Of a stretch of 15,249 nt of DNA, positions 14,056 to 15,249 are shown piece by piece; positions within the stretch are counted from its first letter, which is position 1, and each line of letters opens with the position of its first letter. The DNA comes from Chloroflexota bacterium (GTDB lineage: Bacteria; Chloroflexota; Dormibacteria; Dormibacterales; Dormibacteraceae). A model generated the notes under the pieces. That model made no database searches. It was not told the origin of the DNA and saw only the letters and a program-made list of their open reading frames with translations. Both the position numbers and the translations under genes were made by a program. Location: the NCBI GenBank assembly GCA_005880855.1, contig VBGM01000091.1:1-15249 (forward strand), given 5' to 3'.

Positions 14056-15192
14056 TCAGCTCCGAGCCGGCGTGGGGACCTCCGTCGTCGAGCGCCCGAG
14101 CGAGAACCCGCTGGCGACCTCGGCGGTAAGCGCGAGGATCTCGTCATCGGTGGTACGCGCGATGCGGTCCCAGTCGAAGATGCCGCCGGTTTTCAGATGC
14201 GGGTCCTGCCCGACGCGCAGGCACCCGCGCGCCCACTGGCCGAAGTAGGTCTCCATGCCTTTGACGTCGACCTGTGTGTCTTTGACCACGCGGTTGATCA
14301 CGACCACGGCGCGCTCGCGGACCCAGTCCACCCCGCGGCTGTCGGCGACGAACTCGAGGGTGAAAGCACCGAGCTCCGCACCGTCGAGCTCTGCCGGCGC
14401 GACGACCACGAGCTGGTCGCACACTTTCTCGAGGATGTATTTCGTGGTGTCGTCCAGAAGGCCGGTGCCCAGGTCGAGCACGATGATGTCGAAGTAGCGC
14501 CTCAGCACGTCGAATACGCGCCGGTAGTCGTTCTCGCCCAAAGCCTTGCGAATCGTGGGATCGGTCGGGGCCGTCAGCACCTCCAGCCGAGACTCCGGCA
14601 CGTGGGTCGTGAATCGATGTAGCATCGGGAGCGTGAGGTCCTGGTCCCTTTCCACCTGCGGGCTGTCGAGGAAATCGATCAGGTCTTTGATGGACCGATC
14701 GTGGTGGGTCCGTATTCGGCTGCGGAAGGTGCCATGGTGCGGGTTGCATTCGACCGCGATGATCCGGTCCGTCCGCAGCAACCCCAGGCGGCTCGCCAGC
14801 AGCAGCGCCATGGTGGATTTGCCCACCCCGCCCTTGGCCGAGGCGACCGCGATGTGGGCGGGAGGGTCGATCACCGGTGTCCTCGCGACGTCCATCAGGC
14901 GCGCATGGCGTCGCGCCGCGGCGCTCGGGCCGAGGTTGATGCGACCGCCGCTGGCGTCGTACAGCTTGCGCGCGATACCGGTGCTGGGCACCTCGCGCGC
15001 CGACCTCACGTACTGGCCCGGCATGAAACGCGGCGCGCCGTTGGCTTCCGGCGGGCCAGGCGCAGCCTCGGGAGTGGGGGACTCGGCTGCGGCCGCGGGC
15101 GGGTCGGCGGCATCTGCCGCCACCGCTTCAGGCAGCGGCTGCCAGCTTCGGCCGTTCCACCACCATCGCCCATCGGCGCTGATCAGGCGCAT
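14056..15192 (-). CDS. ParA/MinD-family P-loop ATPase with an N-terminal DUF2510-like motif and a Pro/Ala-rich linker
   Basis: Deviant Walker A motif VASAKGGVGKST. Walker A' / switch region ECNPHHGT. Walker B motif IIVLDLGTGL. N-terminus MRLISADGRWWWNGRSWQPLPE, then ADAADPPAAAAESPTPEAAPGPPEANGAP. Confidence 0.8.
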   Translation of the reverse strand: MRLISADGRWWWNGRSWQPLPEAVAADAADPPAAAAESPTPEAAPGPPEANGAPRFMPGQYVRSAREVPSTGIARKLYDASGGRINLGPSAAARRHARLMDVARTPVIDPPAHIAVASAKGGVGKSTMALLLASRLGLLRTDRIIAVECNPHHGTFRSRIRTHHDRSIKDLIDFLDSPQVERDQDLTLPMLHRFTTHVPESRLEVLTAPTDPTIRKALGENDYRRVFDVLRRYFDIIVLDLGTGLLDDTTKYILEKVCDQLVVVAPAELDGAELGAFTLEFVADSRGVDWVRERAVVVINRVVKDTQVDVKGMETYFGQWARGCLRVGQDPHLKTGGIFDWDRIARTTDDEILALTAEVASGFSLGRSTTEVPTPARS

Positions 15193-15249
15193 GGGTCTGA
15201 GCTTATACGGCCGCCATCGGAAGCGGTCAGCGCTACGCTGGACCCCCGA

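Noticed and set aside
14144-14749. 201-aa minus-strand ORF and the 14197..14622 plus-strand ORF inside the ParA-like gene
   Set aside because: Alternate frames of a gene with Walker A, A' and B motifs. Their translations are Arg/Pro-rich.
1-15249. Searched for CRISPR repeats, tRNA/rRNA, IS elements or transposases, integrases and toxin-antitoxin pairs
   Set aside because: No spacer-interleaved repeat array, no cloverleaf-like segments in the intergenic regions, no DDE or tyrosine-recombinase-like ORFs. The region looks like core chromosome rather than a mobile island. The only AT-rich patch (~11035-11060) is better explained as a promoter.

Overview
High-GC (roughly 68-70% by eye), gene-dense chromosomal segment that looks actinobacterial. 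No rRNA, tRNA, CRISPR array or transposase is visible. From left to right the window holds the 3' end of a fumarate reductase operon (tail of frdB, then frdC and frdD, with translationally coupled overlaps). It is followed tightly by a CstB-like gene encoding a metallo-beta-lactamase-fold domain fused to an inactive and an active rhodanese domain. A convergent minus-strand operon encodes an N-terminally truncated histidine phosphatase, an aminoglycoside-phosphotransferase-like kinase and an atypical acyl-CoA dehydrogenase whose catalytic-base position is Asp. This kinase-plus-dehydrogenase pairing is the bacterial counterpart of eukaryotic ACAD10/ACAD11 and of Pseudomonas LvaA/LvaC. A putative envelope-sensing module follows on the plus strand. 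It comprises a secreted lipoprotein, a membrane protein with a DUF2510-like N-terminus, and an ECF sigma factor with an overlapping single-pass anti-sigma gene. The anti-sigma C-terminal ectodomain is a paralogue of the lipoprotein. A minus-strand set encodes a small basic protein, a three-helix small membrane protein and a flotillin (SPFH) protein. The rest of the window holds an AlkZ/YcaQ-like winged-helix DNA glycosylase gene, a membrane protein gene, a small helical protein gene, and a ParA/MinD-like ATPase gene. The ATPase N-terminus carries the same DUF2510-like motif as the membrane protein. The most interesting points are the phosphatase/kinase/dehydrogenase operon (a split ACAD10-like architecture with Glu->Asp at the dehydrogenase base) and the domain shared by the lipoprotein and the anti-sigma sensor. 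Others are the DUF2510-like module fused to a ParA-like ATPase, a triple direct repeat in the sigma-factor leader, and the tight frdCD-CstB-like linkage. Many long antisense ORFs in the supplied track are high-GC frame artefacts and are ignored. Coordinates of small motifs may be off by about 1 nt because they were counted by hand.
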